IMG/VR virus record: IMGVR_UViG_3300020154_000006
Location: 1 to 48,758 of that record
Strand: one strand, 5' to 3'
Length of the DNA: 48,758 nt
DNA from: a virus
Lineage: Duplodnaviria; Caudoviricetes
Part shown: in pieces, positions 47,877 through 48,758 of the stretch
Position numbering within the stretch: the first letter of the stretch is position 1
Layout of the letters: every line of letters begins with the position of its first letter
The notes under the pieces: generated by a model
What the model was told of the DNA's origin: nothing
The model's database searches: none
Seen by the model: the letters and a program-made list of their open reading frames with translations, nothing else
Made by a program: the position numbers and the translations under genes

Positions 47877-48630
47877 GGCATTGTTAATTTAGTGTGGTTT
47901 GAGCTAAGCTGATTCATTTTTTACCGAGTCAGTGATCATGGTTAGATGCCCAAAATGTAGCTCAGAAGGTTGTACTAAAGATGGGATGGCGAAAGGCAGG
48001 TAGCGTTACTAGCGTTACTACTGTAAGTCCTGTGGCTATAGGCATACGGTCAGTTACCGAGGCATCCATCCGGCGGTTAAGCGGCAAGCGCTCCAGCTTT
48101 ACCTTGAAAGTCTGGGTTTTCGTTCCATTGGCCGATTCCTGAACTGCAGCCATGTTGCAGTCTATAACTGGATCAAGGCCTATGGCGAGTCCATTGAATC
48201 CATTCGCTCTACCTCTGGCGTTGACGTCATCGAACTCGATGAGATGCATACTTTATCGGTTCCAAAAAAATTATTGCTGGATCTGGATGGCTGTTGATCG
48301 AAATGGCAAACGATGCCTCCACTGCGAAGTGGGTTCCCGCGGCACAGAAACAGGCCGAAAACTATGGACGGCCATAGATCAGCCCGTAACCCAGGCCATG
48401 ACTGACTATTGACGCCTTATGAACAATTTGTTCCGAAAGAGCTTCATACACAATCAAAAGCTGAAACCTATACCGTGGAAGGCTATAACCGCTTATTCAG
48501 GCATTTTCTTGCTCGGCTGCGCCGAAAATCAAAATGCTATGGCAAAAGCAAGAGTATGCTGAAATGTCCGTCATGCTTCTGATGCTCAAATGGAACGGAG
48601 AGCTGGATGCTATACTTTATTAACAATGCC
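47877..48630 (+). mobile_element. IS1-family element, decayed
   Basis: Terminal IRs GGCATTGTTAAT / ATTAACAATGCC; InsA-like CPKC...CKSCG and InsB-like IELDEMHT, CWIWMAVDR, MTD, TVEGYN.LFRHFLARLRRKSKCY. No TSD seen. Confidence 0.88.
47938..48600 (+). pseudogene. IS1 transposase insAB pseudogene
   Basis: In-frame TAG stops within a 9-bp duplication (TAGCGTTAC twice, 48001-48018), a stop at 48410-48412 and further frameshifts. Confidence 0.85.
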
Positions 48631-48742
48631 GCTCTGTACACGACAAAAAAGCTAACTGATTGATTTACAAGGCGGGCAAATAAAGGACTTGAAAGTCCAT
48701 CGCTAATCGATTTCACTCTCTTGCGACCAAATAGGAGGTGAA

Positions 48743-48758
48743 ATGAAATTAAGCGATG
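48743..48758 (+). CDS. Start of a CDS running off the window
   Basis: AGGAGGT RBS followed by ATG AAA TTA AGC GAT. Confidence 0.55.

Overview
Most of the window (799-40674, 39,876 bp) is an apparently complete transposable (Mu-like, B3/BcepMu-type) prophage with a long non-contractile-type tail. It inserted into the middle of a tyrosine integrase gene and made a 6-bp target duplication (TCTTAT at 793-798 and 40675-40680). The interrupted integrase belongs to an older island that ends at a 3' tRNA-Lys fragment (41306-41353). To the right is a second, largely AT-rich island segment with a YfjI/DUF3987 gene, cargo genes, an IS200/605-like end remnant and a decayed IS1. The most unusual features are inside the prophage: (1) a solitary beta-class DNA methyltransferase in the late head operon with a 42-unit ACAG tract inside its 5' coding region (candidate phage-encoded phase variation); (2) a MuF head protein with a C-terminal nuclease-like extension, followed not by an immunity ORF but by a convergent, promoter-preceded 75-nt tRNA-like fold; (3) a repressor whose C-terminal tail shares an ungapped 23-residue GDVG motif with the N-terminus of the translationally coupled membrane protein downstream; (4) a gene order that looks like a B3-type genome with its left ~22 kb inverted, with a bidirectional late promoter. 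All protein family calls come from motif recognition by eye and gene context; no database searches were run.
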